Part shown: one piece after another, positions 25,945 through 38,149 of the stretch
How positions within the stretch are numbered: position 1 is the stretch's first letter
How the letters are laid out: each line of letters starts with the position of its first letter
Assembly: GCF_964194155.1 (NCBI RefSeq)
Contig: NC_135879.1
Span: 128,712,001 to 128,776,000 of the forward strand
Length of the DNA stretch: 64,000 bases
Origin: Cetorhinus maximus
Taxonomy: Eukaryota
Reading direction: 5' to 3'
Made by a program: the position numbers and the translations under genes
The notes under the pieces: generated by a model
What the model was told of the DNA's origin: nothing
What the model saw: the letters and a program-made list of their open reading frames with translations, nothing else
Databases searched by the model: none

Positions 25945-26990
25945 CTTGAATCCATGCCAGCTCTCTGTAGAGCAATCCAGTCAGTCCCAGTCCTCTGCTC
26001 TATTCCCATAGCCGTGCAAGTTTACTTCCCTCAAGTGCCTATCCAATTTCCTTTCAAACTGATTGATTGCCTCCCCTTCCATCACCCTTGTAAGTTATGA
26101 GAAACTACTTCCATTGGCTGAAGGACCAAAAACCAGAGGAAAACCAATTAAAGCAGATTAGCAAACGAAACACAGGCAACACGGGGAAAAACTTTTTTAT
26201 GCAGCGAGTGATTAGGATCTGGAATGCAAAAGGGAGCTGGAAAATCATCTACAGGAAAAAAATTGAAGGGCTACAATGAAAAGGCAGGTGAATGGGACTA
26301 ACTGAGTAGCTCTCACAGTGACCTAAGGACATGATGGGCCAAATGTGCTGCAACCTTTCCATGATGCAATTCTATATTTATAAAAATATATGTAAAAAAG
26401 TTCTTCTCATATCCCCACCACTTTCCCTCCCAGCATCTTTTGCCCAAAACCTTAAATCTATGTTGCCTAGTCCCTGTACCAGCAGCTAGTGGCAACAGTT
26501 TTTCTTTGTCTGCCTTATCTAAACCTGTCATAATCTTGTACACCTCTATCAAATCTACCCTCAATCTTCTTTGCTTCAAGGAGAACCCCAACTTTCCTAA
26601 GCTAACTTAATGAAGTCCCACATCTCTGGAATCATTTTGGTAAATCTCCTCTGCACCCGCTCAAGAAGCTTCACATCCCTCCTAAAGCGTGGTGACCAGA
26701 ACTGGATGCAGTGCTCTAGTTGTGGTTTAACCAGGGTTTATAAAGGTTTGGCATAACTTCCCTACATTTGTACTCAATGCCTCTATCGACAAAGGCCAAG
26801 ATCCTATAAGCTTTGCTAATTACCCTCTCAATATGTTCTGCCACATTCAAAGACCTATGCACATGAACCCTGGGTTCTTTTGTCTCTCCACAGTCTTTAG
26901 AACTGTCATTGAGTTTATATTGCCTCCCACTATCCCTTCGGCCAAAATGCATCAACTTGCACGTCTCTGAATTAAATTCCTTTTATACAC
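25945..26990. mobile_element. Cluster of CR1 3' fragments on both strands
   Basis: FFMQRVIRIWN (+, 26097-26279); FSLKQRRLRVDLIEVYKIM and [12 protein letters not shown] (-). Confidence 0.85.
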
Positions 26991-27369
26991 TCCTTCAGGC
27001 TATCATCATTGGTCCCTCTTCCTATACATACTACTCAACACCCTACACTCCTTCCTGTCCTCACCTTAGGTTTGAATATAAACAGCCAGGTGGCAGTGGA
27101 AGCAACAGAGCCCACAGCATTGCAGGAAAGGGACTCAAAAGCAGATGAACAAAAAATCAAGGAGTCATGTCACAAGGCAGCAGACAGGTTGGTTGCTACT
27201 GAAGTTTCATTTTGTTCTTTAAGCTCAGGAGGTGCATTAAACTCTGAACTAGCTCTAAGTTAGTATCTCTAACCTCGTATCACTTAATTAAATAAACTAG
27301 ATGAATGAATTAACTCATAGAAGCAAAATAATCAATTCAACTGATTACAACTAATTAAACAGTTAGACA

Positions 27370-27950
27370 TAGAAGGACAGGGAGTCAAGGACAGCCATAG
27401 CTACAGCACGTGAGAGTAGCTTCTGGACAGCAGTGCAGTCCAGTATAACCACATCCGTAATGAACGTCTGCAGCTCAAGGAACTTTAACTCGGTGTTGTT
27501 GGATTGAAATCTGAGCTGCAGACATTACAGGGCATCGGTGGTGGTGGGGTGGAATTACCTGGACATTTTGTTCTGGGAGGCAGTCGCATCCCTTAGGTTA
27601 AATCGTACTTTAGGTCGGTAAGGGCAGGGGGTATGACTGAGTCAGGCAGGTATGCAGAGCCAGCATGTAGTGATGGAGGAGTCTCAGCCCTTGTCTTTAT
27701 CCAACAGGCAGGAGGTACTAGCTGCCTATGTGGATGAGAACAAGATGGCAGGATGGATGGGCAAACTGACCATAGCACCATCGTGCAGGTGCCCATTCAA
27801 AAGGAAGGAGTGAAAAGAAAATAAGTAGTGATAGGGGACAGCATAGAATGGGTAAAAGATATTGTTCTCTGCCATCGAGAGTGGGAGTTGCAGTTGTGTT
27901 GCCTGCCAGGGTGTGGGACATCTTATGGATGGAGAAGAGCTTACAAAATC
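27370..27950 (+). mobile_element. CR1 ORF1 remnant
   Basis: Degenerate VVIGDSI...CCLPG SGNH-esterase-like motif at ~27825-27912. Confidence 0.7.
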
Positions 27951-27954
27951 TTAG

Positions 27955-30380
27955 AATGGTTACAGCACAGATGGAGTCCATGTCTGTGCCGGTACTCTGT
28001 GAGAGTAACTCAGCTAGAACCGCTACCCCACCTTTTCCCACAGACCTGTAAATACTCTCTCTTCAGGTAATTATCCAATTCCATGTCAAAGTGACAATTG
28101 TATCTGCATCCACCAAACTATCATGCAGTGTATTCCAGATCCGAACCACATGCTGCATCAAGCTTTTCCTCAGGTCGTCTCTGGTTCTTTTGCTAATCAC
28201 CTTAAATCAGTGTCCTCTCGCTCTCGACCCTTCCGCCAATAGAAACAATTACACCCTATGCACCCTGTCCAGGCCCCTCATGATTTTGAACAATTCTATC
28301 AAATCTCCACATAACGTTTTCTTCTCTCAGGAGATCAGTCCCAACATTGCCAATCTATCCACGTAATTGAAGTCTCTCTTCCCCAGAACCATTCTTGTAA
28401 ATCTTTTCTGCACCCTCTCCAATGCCTTCACATCCTTCTTAAAATATGGTGCCCAGAATTAGATAATATTCCAGTTGATGCTAAGACAGTGTTTCATAAA
28501 GGTTCACAACACCTCCCTTGCTTTTGTACTTAATGCCTCTATTTATAAAGCCTAGGATCCCATATGCTTTATTAACCACTTTCTCAACCTGCTTTGCCAT
28601 GTTTGACAATTTGTACGCATATATCCCCGGATCCCTCTGCACTCCCTTTAGAATTATCTTCTTTATTTTACATTGTCATTCCTCATCCTTCCTACCAAAA
28701 TGTATCACTTCATGATATTAAGTTTCATTTGTCATGTGTCTGTCCATTCTAACAGTCTTTGTCCTTTTGAAATCTATCATCATGCTCCTCACAGTTCAGA
28801 ATACTTCCAAGTTTTGCATGGCCTGCAAATGGCCTGCACACCCAAGTCGCAGTCATTCTAGATGAAGAAAAGCAGTGATCCTAATACCCACCTCTAGGGA
28901 ATTGTGTTACGTACCATCCTCCAGTCCAAAAAACAACTTTTCACCATTACCATTACTCAGGCAACTTTATATTCATGTTGTCCCTGTCCCCTTTATTCCA
29001 CGGGCATCATCTTTGCTGACAAGCCTGTTATGTGACACTTTATTAAACATCTTTTGGAAATCCAAGTACACCACTTCAACTGCATTAACCTCATTAATCC
29101 GCTCTGTTACCTCAAGGAACTCAGTAAGCTGTTAAACACAATTTGCCCTTAAGTCCATACTGGTTTTCTTTAATGAATCCATATTGGTCCAAGTGATTGT
29201 TAATTCTGTCCCGGAACAACATTACTAAAAGCTTTCCCACCACTGAGGTCAAGCTGACAGGCCTGCAGATGCTGGACTTATCCTGTCATCTATGATGCAT
29301 TCACATTTTCAGCTTCATCGTATTCTTGATTTCTTTCCTCATCCAGGGAGCTCTCGGTTTGTTTGGTCATTTCCCACTTGGGGCAATGTACCTTGGCTGT
29401 GCCCAAACTATCTCCTCTTCAAGTGCAGCCCTTTGTTCAATTATAGTTTCGCCACCAATATTTGATTCCAATTCATCTGGGCCAGATCCATTCTCACCCC
29501 ATTAAAGTTGCCCCACTCCACTGCCTAACTGCTTATTTTTACGCTAGATTGTTGCTTGTATTTCTCCATAGCTAGCCTAAACCTTATGACACTGTGATTA
29601 CTGTCCCCTAAATGTTCCTCTGCTGCACTTGATCCACTTGGCCCACCTCATTCCCAAGGACAAGATCCAGCAATGCCCCATACTTCATTGGATTGGAAAC
29701 ATACTGATGTAGAAAAGTCACCTGGAAGCACTTCTGAACCTCTCTCCCCTCTTTGCCCTGTATCACTATCTCAGACTTTATGAAGATAATTACATTCTCC
29801 CATTATAATTACTATACAGTTTTGCACCTCTCTGTAGTTTGAAAATTTGTTCATCTATATCTTTCCTATTAGGTGACATTTAGAATACGCTTAGCTGCAT
29901 AATGGTATTTCTATTGTTTCTTAGCTCTAACCATATAGATTCTATCCTTGGCCCCTCTAGGGCATCTCTTCCCAGCTCAATAATATGACCCTTAATTAAT
30001 ACTACCACCACTTCTACTTTATTTCCTTCCCTATCTTTACCAAACATTTTGTATTCAGGAATATTTAATACCTGATCTTGCACTTTTTTGAGTCACGTCT
30101 CCAATATCGCCATATCATCATATTCCCCCACAGCTCACCAACCTTTTTAACCACTCTATGCATTCACACACATGTATCGCAAAGGAATTTAGGTCTTAAG
30201 ATATTGCCTCTTCATCTAATCCCACTTAACAGCTTACAATTTCTTACTCTATTGCCATCGGTCCCTTCCAATTCTTTGTACAGCTTGCTTTTCCTCTATT
30301 ATTATCAGCTGGTTCCCACCTCCCTGTCAAGTTAGTTTAAACCCTTCCCAATACCACTAGCAAAATGTCCTGCAAGGGCA
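27955..30380 (-). mobile_element. CR1 LINE ORF2, decayed (endonuclease to 3' end)
   Basis: LNIPEYKMFGKDREG...ESIWLELRN endonuclease peptide (29880-30083); VYLDFQK RT motif at ~29050-29075; 3' end at ~27960. Confidence 0.88.
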
Positions 30381-30489
30381 TTGCTTCTAAGAGGAGGGGT
30401 GGGGGGGATCCAATTGGTGTGCTCCACATAGGATCCAAGACATATGTAGAACAAGAATGATGTTCTGCGGTGGGAGTTTGAGGAACTGG

Positions 30490-31509
30490 TGTGAAGGAAT
30501 GCAGCTACAAATATGGAGCTATAAGAGAATCCAACTATAAATACAGAGTTGTAATATTAAGATTGTGATTCTTCTACAAGGTTGGGATCAAAAATTAAAA
30601 GCAGAGTTCTTCTCTGGACAAAGGTTTAAAAGTTTATAAACATGCCTGGGCATAATTTTGTGCTCAAGGACACCAACATCCTGTAGCATGGAATATGGTA
30701 TTTCCTCAAGCACAAGGCAGTCCTGAGAAAAACAGGAACTGGCCTCCACATCACCTCAGCAAGGCATTGATAAATTGTAAGATACTAAATCCAACAATGA
30801 ATTACCTTAAGGATGACCCTCAATAATTTGTCAACTGAATCCTGAAAACTGAGTGTAGTGACCATTATCTATTTCAGTACTCTGTTTGCTTGAAGAATGT
30901 TGACAAAGACAAAGGATTTTGCCCATCATGACTGCTCAACAGGCGTCCTGCTGATCCATTTGTCTAATGGTATAAATACTGGAACCACACAGTAGGATTT
31001 TTAGACTTTTTGAATTCACTCGTGTCTTTCAAGCATTGCTACTGTAGTGTAGTAATGATATTTCCTCTCTTAATTGGGATAGATTATCTTGCTAGACTCG
31101 GTAGCTTTCCACTCGGGGATTTAAGATAAATATGACTTTAAATATTGAAGGATATCTTAAACATCTCTCTAACATTAATAAGGCTTGTATTCTCTAATAG
31201 AAACAAGATTATATTTTCTTTTCCTAGAACTATCAATGTTGGGATTACCATCAAAAGTGAATTGCATGTTCTGTTCTTTAATAAACCTTTATATAACTTA
31301 GGAAATACAGTCTCTCATATAGCCTTCCGTATCCGAACTCAAGAACCCATCTCTGTACACTCTTCAGTGGAGAGTTACATTGTTGAGGAGAGATGTTCGT
31401 ATCCTTATAATATCCGTTATAATCTAGCTGTGTTAAAAAGGCTATCTGGTGGATGATTATATTTTCTAGCAGTTCCTTTCCTTTAGGGAGAGTCAGATCA
31501 TCCACTTCA
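30490..31509 (-). other. Unidentified, decayed coding-like insert inside CR1 ORF1
   Basis: Two non-CR1 blocks (30490-30581 and 30606-31509); the larger is bounded by a duplicated 24-nt CR1 segment. Long - strand frames are broken by stops and frameshifts. Confidence 0.6.
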
Positions 31510-32072
31510 TTGGGTTCCAATTAATAAAGCAGAACATCAAAGGTAATAATCTTTGCATTACAGCTTGAGACATATGCATACTGATTTAGGGTTAAGCAGG
31601 TTAGAGAATTAAATGTGTGGCTCAAAGAATGGGTAGAAAAAAAAGGGGTCCCAATCTATGGAGCATTGACAGTAGTACTGGAGAATGAAGGGGATATACT
31701 TTGTTGGGATGGGCACCACCTAAAGAGGATACGGATCAATATCTTGGTGAATGTATAACTGGACTGTGGCTAGGACTTTGAACTAAAAGAGAGAGGGAGG
31801 GAGGGGTCAGGTGAAAGGAAATTTAGAAAACTAAAGAGAAAAATCGAGGTGATAGAACAATGGAGTGTAAAGACAAGCAGAGTGGGAGCGGAGTGACAGA
31901 GCGTTTAATGGTAATATTCGCTGATGCACTAAGGTCCATGCAAAGAATAGTGGTAAAAAGTGAAATTTAAAGTTCTTGATCTGAATGCACAATCGATTTG
32001 TAACAAGATAGACAAACTAGTGGCACAAATAGAGATAAATGGGTTTGATTTAATCACCATTACAGAGATATG

Positions 32073-32736
32073 GGGCAGCATTTTCCCGTCGGCGAGCAGG
32101 GCCCGCTCACTGACAGGTAAAATTTCATGCGGTAACGCCGGGCAGGCGTCCCGACATCACCGCACGTCATTTAGATTTTCTGTTCGATGGGCACGCAGCT
32201 GACTCGGCTGCGTGCCCGCCAAACTGTCAAAGGCCTATTAAGGCCATTTAAAGCCTAATTAACTCAATTAAATGAGCTACCCGTCCAACCTTAAGGTTGG
32301 CAGGCAGGCAAAGAGCCCAGGCGGCCTTTGCATTTTTCATGAAACCTCATCCACAGACGGGATGAGGTTTCATGAAGTGTTTTAAAATCTAATAAAAAAT
32401 TTTATGTTAATTCTTTGATATATCCCAGCTCATGTGGCAATGTCACATGAGGGGACATGTTTTAAAAGTTTTTATCTTCCTTTATTTAAATTTTAAAACC
32501 TTTAACTGATCTCCCTGAGGCACCTCTGTGCCTCGGAGATTTCTGCGCTGCGCGCAAAAGAACGCACTCCTGACTTAGGCAACACACCCCCCGCCCGCAC
32601 AGGGAGCGCTCAGCACTTCTGGGTGAGCAACACGCTGGGCGGGCCACATAAAATGGCGGCGCAGCCCTGGCTGGGGGTGCCGATCAGGTTTGCGCCCACC
32701 CCCGCACAACCCCTCTGATGGGGGAAAATTTCTGCC
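32073..32736. mobile_element. Harbinger-like MITE inserted in the CR1 endonuclease region
   Basis: TIRs GGGCAGCATTTT / AAAATTTCTGCCC; imperfect 3-bp duplication ATG/CTG; inverted homologue of 46593-47190. Confidence 0.85.
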
Positions 32737-33593
32737 CCTGGTTGCAAGATGAAGGAGGTAGGGGAATAAATATACCCAGGATTCGTAACGTTTCACAAAG
32801 ATTAGCAGAAAAGAAACAAAGGATTAGTCCTGATAATAAGAGATGACATAAGAACAGTAGTAAGAGAAGAGAAGACCTTGGCTCAGAATATCAGGAAGTA
32901 GAATCAGTATGGGTGGAGATCAGGAGTAACATGGGTGGAAATAGGTTATAGGCCTCCTAACAGGAGTTATATTATTAAACAAGACACTTATCAATAAATA
33001 ACTGGAGTTTATAACAGAGGCAATGTAATAATAGTAGGGAACTTTAATAATATATGAGACAAATCAAATTGGCAAAGTTAGTCTGTAAGATGAATTTGTA
33101 GATTATTTTGACAACAGTTTCCTAAGAGTAATACATTGTGAAACCAACTGGGAATAAAGCTATTTTTGATTTAATAAGACAGGGTTAATTAGTAATCTCA
33201 CACTAAAAGATCCTTTGGGGAAAAGTGATCACAATGCAGTTAAATTTCATATTAAGTTTGACAGTGGTATACTTGGGACCAAAACAAGAATCTTAAACGT
33301 AAAAGTCAATGACATAGATATGAGGGGGTAGCCGGCTCAAGATTGGATAAATAGGTTATAAGGTTGCGGCGGTAAATAAACAGTGGGAAATATTTAAAGA
33401 AATTATTCAAAATTTTCAAAAAAAATACAATCTATTAAAAACAAAAATTCAGCAAGAAAGATAATCTGTGACTTATTAGGGAAGTTAAAGTTGTACTAGA
33501 TTAAAAGAAGAATCTTATAATGTTGTGAAGAATAGCACTAAATATGAGGATCGGGAGAGTTTTAGAAATCTGCAAAAGATGATCAAAAACATG

Positions 33594-34278
33594 GGAAACG
33601 ATTTTTAGATCGGCACGCGGGCATGATCAGCGGGCCCAGGAGTGGCCAGGGAACAGATCGCCGACTACAATCAGCCCCCGACTGCAATTTCACACTGGCT
33701 GGCCAATTAACAGCCAGTCAGCGTGAAGCGTGTGCCAAAATGATCAGCACTGCCTGGGTTGGGGGCGGGAGGAGGGCGTGCGCTGAAATCAGCGCAGAGG
33801 AGCGCTCACAGAAAGCTCACTGAAGGCAGAGAGCAGCCTCAGGGAGTTGAAGACTTCAAAAATATCAAATAAAGGTTTTTAAATCCGGCAAAAAATGTCC
33901 ATGCAACACAAGCAGTCATCTGAGCATAGACATAAAAATTCTGTGCATAGATTTTTATTTTTTTAATTTAATTACGGAAACCTTACTCCGTCCTTGGATG
34001 AGGTTTCCTGGAAAATGCAAAGGCCGCCTGGCCAATTTGCCCACCTGCCAACTGTAATGAACGGGTAGCGATAAATCCTAGTTAATTGCGCCATTAATGG
34101 ACTTAATAGCCCTCTTAATTGTCGGCGGGCGCGCTTTCAAGTTTAGCACGTGCCTGCTGACTGAAATATCGTGCAAGTGCGTAATAACATCGGGACGCTC
34201 GCCCGACATCATCACACGCTATTTTATGCTCGAACGGGTCGGGCACACGCCTGCCTGCTCAGCAAAAAAATTCTGGCC
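33594..34278. mobile_element. Harbinger-like MITE
   Basis: ATG duplicated at 33591-33593 and 34279-34281. Right end AAAATTCTGGCC is shared with the element ending at 50889. CpG-rich subterminal palindromes. Confidence 0.82.
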
Positions 34279-34479
34279 ATGATGGAAAGGGCCAAATAGA
34301 GTGTAAGAGTAAACTAGTGAGCAGGAAATTGGAGTTGACGTAGACGATCAGCCATGATCTTACTGAATGGTGCAGTGGGCTTGAATGGCCTTATGGTCTA
34401 CACCTGCTATTTCTTACATTACGAGTCTCAATTGAATGAGTCTGCAGTTCCCCTCTACAATTCCCTTTAAACTGTTCAT

Positions 34480-35365
34480 CAGGCCCATAAAACCTGCATC
34501 CATTTATCCTAGAGGAGCAACATAAAATGTCCCCTCCTCTACTTCAGACAACTATCTCACTGCCCCCTCACCCACACACCACTTACCCCCACCCCATAAT
34601 AAAGTTTCTCACCATCCTTTCAAAACTGCGAAGACTATCATCATCAGGCCTCCCACTGGCCCCTCCTCCCTACCAACTAACATGCTTGTCTTTTAGCACT
34701 TTATTCTATCATCTCTGATCTCTTTTTTAAAAATCCTCATCATTCATCATCCTCAATACCCATGTCGACTTCTCCACCAAGATTCCTCCTATTTCTCTTC
34801 ACGTAGAGGCTAGGGGAAGTGGTCCTTCAACTTCAGCAAATTTCAACCTACAACTCAACTGAGTCCCTTCTCTGCAAAGCTTTCCTGATTGTCACACCAT
34901 AATCTTGGAGATCTCCTCAACTTAGTCATCTCTTGTGGCCTCAAAGGAATCCAGAGATCGCCATTACTGATCAGGCAATCTTTGACTCTTTATCAACTAC
35001 CCACTCTCACGCATTGCCTCAAATTCTACTTTTCTCGCTAAATGCTCATGGAAAAAAAAACTTGCCCTTACTTATGGCTATCCATCCATCAAAACATCTG
35101 CTGATGCTGTTGTTGTTCTGCTTAACTCACTCTTTCACCTCGAACTTCAACACCTTTACTTGCAACAAACCAATCAATATCAACAATTCTCATCAGCCCC
35201 ACATTCACTCTTAAAAAATCTCAAAATCTAGCTATTTGATCTAATGTTTAGTTACCTCTCCTAATCTTTTTTGTCTTGGTTTGGCATCTATTTTCATCGC
35301 ACCCATTTGTGAAGTGCCTTGGGGTATTTTTATGTGAGACATGCTATATAAATCCAAGTTGTAGT
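34480..35365 (+). mobile_element. Highly decayed L2-type LINE fragment with 3' tail
   Basis: Tail TGTGAAGTGCCTTGGGGTATTTTT...GCTATATAAATCCAAGTTG; inverted relative at 36770-36830. Confidence 0.5.
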
Positions 35366-35573
35366 AATCGTAGTATATGTAGTTATGCAACTCTAAAGAA
35401 TCTAGAGACTAAACACATAAGTGGGTACATCTCTTCAAGGTAACGTGTTTATTCTATTATACATGGAAGATAAATTAATCAAAAGAACGAGGACAATGAA
35501 AGGCATGCCATAATGCACTAACTTTCAAATTTCTAAAAGTATAAGAAAATACTTACCCAAATACAAAACTCAC

Positions 35574-35602
35574 TGCATATCTTTTGTTTCCTGCAATGTT
35601 TC
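35574..35602 (-). CDS. RELL1: RELL1 29-nt micro-exon (ETLQETKDM); alternative donor at 35557
   Basis: Acceptor TTTTTTTGTTTTCAG|; donors |GTGAGT (35573) and |GTAAGT (35556). The phase-0 start fits the exon ending at 37511 and the phase-2 end fits 20245. Confidence 0.65.
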
Positions 35603-35772
35603 CTGAAAACAAAAAAATTCAGAAATATTAAAAGTGAACATACTTCTGAAAACACAAGGATTGATTAAGCAGGATATCCAAGCAGAATACATCTAAAATG
35701 TAAAATATCTTCTCTAACAAATGGCTTGGAAGTATATAGGCAATCGTCAGTACAACCAGTCACCAAGGCAGA

Positions 35773-35805
35773 GAGTCTGATGAAAGGTCACAGCTTTGAA
35801 ACGTT
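35773..35805 (+). ncRNA. Minimal hammerhead-ribozyme-like core, truncated by an adjacent TIR element
   Basis: CTGATGA-AAGG-tcacag-CTTT-GAAACGTT: intact core boxes, helix II and palindromic ACGT. Confidence 0.5.
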
Positions 35806-36485
35806 GGCTGGAATTTTGTCCTCACAACTGGCCAAGGGCGACCATATCTCGGCCATCTCCAAAACCTGGAGCCACATTTTATGGGGGTCAGGCAACTAAG
35901 TGATTAACCTTTGGGGTTTCCAACCCTAGGAGCTGCAGGCCAATTGAAAGGCCAGCAGCTCAGTAGTCTCAGCAGCAGCGTCAGGAATGGTGGCCATGCT
36001 GAGACTGCACCTGGAAGAGAAGGAGACCCTGAAAGGATGCCACCTTTCCAACTAGGTAAGTGGAGCCTGGGGGGTCCAGGACCAGTCAGGCAGGCCCCAG
36101 CAAGGAGGAGGTAGGGTTGGTGAGGGCAGGCATAGCTGTTGCTGTGTTGGGGCTCTCTGTGATCCAAAGAGTGCCCAAAAGGAGGTCCCCGAGTTCACTG
36201 GACAGTCCCCCCACAAGCCGAGGTGCCTCCCCACCACCGCCACACGCTCGCCAACACCCGCCCACTGACTGCCGCTAGTGAATGCTAGCAGAGATGGAAA
36301 GGAAGAAGCCCTCAATTGGCCACATAAGTGGCACAACTGTCCTCTCAGCGAGAGGGCCATCTGGCATCTACCCTATAGCTGGTAAAATAGCATGAAGTTG
36401 GAAGGACACTCCACCCCTACCCTTCCTTGTCATTTTATGGTCCTCCCTGCCTCCGAGCCCATCCCAAAGGCAGGTAAAATTCAGC
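35806..36485. mobile_element. Older Harbinger-like MITE
   Basis: Ends GGCTGGAATTTT / AAAATTCAGC; GC-rich interior. Confidence 0.6.
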
Positions 36486-36769
36486 TTCCTTCTCAACATA
36501 AGTTCCAATGCTATTTGACCTTATATTATACATGTCTAAAACTCATCCATTCCATTCTGATCAGCTGAATATAACTTATGAAGCAGCTACACAAATCTAC
36601 CAGTTTCACATTTACTCTTCTGCCTAGGAAACTTGTAAGACACTATTGACATAAGCTCTTTCAGTAACAAGTGTTCACAAAAAGGTTACATGATTTCAAT
36701 AAAAAGTCTCTTGTCAAAGTTACACATTACTTCAAATACTATGCTACAATAAACTTGGGAGTTTTTCAA

Positions 36770-37385
36770 TGACAACGTATATTTGCATAGTACTTTAACA
36801 TAATGGAACGTCCCAAGACAATTCACAGGAGCATTATAAAACAAAATATACATGAAACCACATTAAGGAGATATTAGGTTAGATGACCAAAAGCTTGGTC
36901 AGAGAAGTAGGTTTGAAGGAGTGTCTTAAAGAGGAAAGAAAGATAAAGAGGCAGAGAAGTGTAGGGTGAGAAAGATCAACTGAAGGCATGGCCAACAATA
37001 GTGGAGCAATTAAAATTCGGGATGCTCAAGGGGCCAGAATTAGGTGAGTACAGATATCTCGGAGGGTTTTGAGGCAGGAGGAGATTACAGAGGTATGGAG
37101 GAGCGAGGCCTTGGAAAGATTTGAAAACAAGAGTGAGAACTTTAAAATTAAGACATTACTTGAATGGGAGCCAACGTAGGTCAGTGAGCACAAGGTGATA
37201 GGTGAACGGGACTTGGTGCGAGTTAAGACATGGGCAGCAGAGTTTGGATGACCTTAAGTTTACAGAGGGTAGAATGTGGGAGATCAGTCAGAGTGCCAGA
37301 ATACTCAAATTTAGAGGTAACAAGGGGTTTCGGCAGCTGAGATGGAGCAAAGTTGGGAGATGTTACGGCAGTGGAAATAAAATTG
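36770..37385 (-). mobile_element. L2-type LINE 3' fragment
   Basis: Inverted L2-type tail followed by degenerate ORF2 (SKFEYSGTLTDLPHSTLCKLKVIQ). Confidence 0.75.
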
Positions 37386-37510
37386 CAGAATGACTGATCA
37401 CTGAAAAGCACAATACTTAGAAAACTCAGGAATACTTCTATTTATCTATGTGACAAAAAACAACCATGTTTTGTTGTTTTAAGTGAATCGCTCTCCAACC
37501 TTTCACTCAC

Positions 37511-37667
37511 CTCTTTTACGTCCAGTTTTCCTGGTGAGTTTGGTATTTCCTGGCTGTCTGAATTTACACACATATCTGCCTGGGTACTAGCACCATCTGG
37601 AGGTGCAAAAAGCAACTCCTTTTGATCATTGGCATTAGATTTAGGATCAACATGTGTAACACGAAAC
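37511..37667 (-). CDS. RELL1: RELL1 exon with the RFxV motif (R-FRVTHVDPKSN...LDVKE)
   Basis: Acceptor TTGTTTTGCCCTCCTAG|, donor GAG|GTGAGT; 157 nt, phase 2 to 0. Completes GRFRV, the SPAK/OXSR1-docking motif of the RELT/RELL family. Confidence 0.9.
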
Positions 37668-38149
37668 CTAGGAGGGCAAAACAATAGGATTGGATCACCA
37701 ACACAAGTACAAATACTAGATTGATATTTACATCTTAGCGCATCCCTCTTTCCACCTAGACACCAATTTCTAATTCCTTGAAAAATGTACTACTCTCCAA
37801 ATGAAAATACACTCAATGCAATGCTTGTCCCTTTGCACTGTGTCATGAAGACCGAGGTTGAGAATTTGCCATGAAACAGAACTCAACTTGTAATACAGTG
37901 TTCAGTTTGCTGGCAAAGAAATTAATTTTACCCAACAGAAGCCCACAAGGATTAAATGTGCATTAATGTAATTCACTTATGGTTCTCTTCTACACAGGCC
38001 AACAACTCCACACAAAGCAAAGACCAAAACCATGGCTCCTACTTACAGGTGAACAGTTGCTACTTGAGGTACTGACACCAAGACTTCAGGGTTAGACATG
38101 GAGAATCTGATATACTCTTCACAGTTGGTAGCCCTTTTCGTACCCAAGG

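Larger units (their letters stand above)
30392..34320 (+). mobile_element. CR1 LINE, ORF1 C-terminus and ORF2 endonuclease region, interrupted by a foreign insert (30490-31509) and two MITEs
   Basis: Colinear with the in-window copy at 51060-51870; LNAQSICNKIDKL...DLITITEIW; GKSDHN at ~33219-33236. Confidence 0.85.

Noticed and set aside
30806-31520. Possible RELL1 exon ending at an AG|GTAAT donor-like site
   Set aside because: No frame stays open to the site, there is no RELL homology, and the sequence lies inside a CR1 copy.
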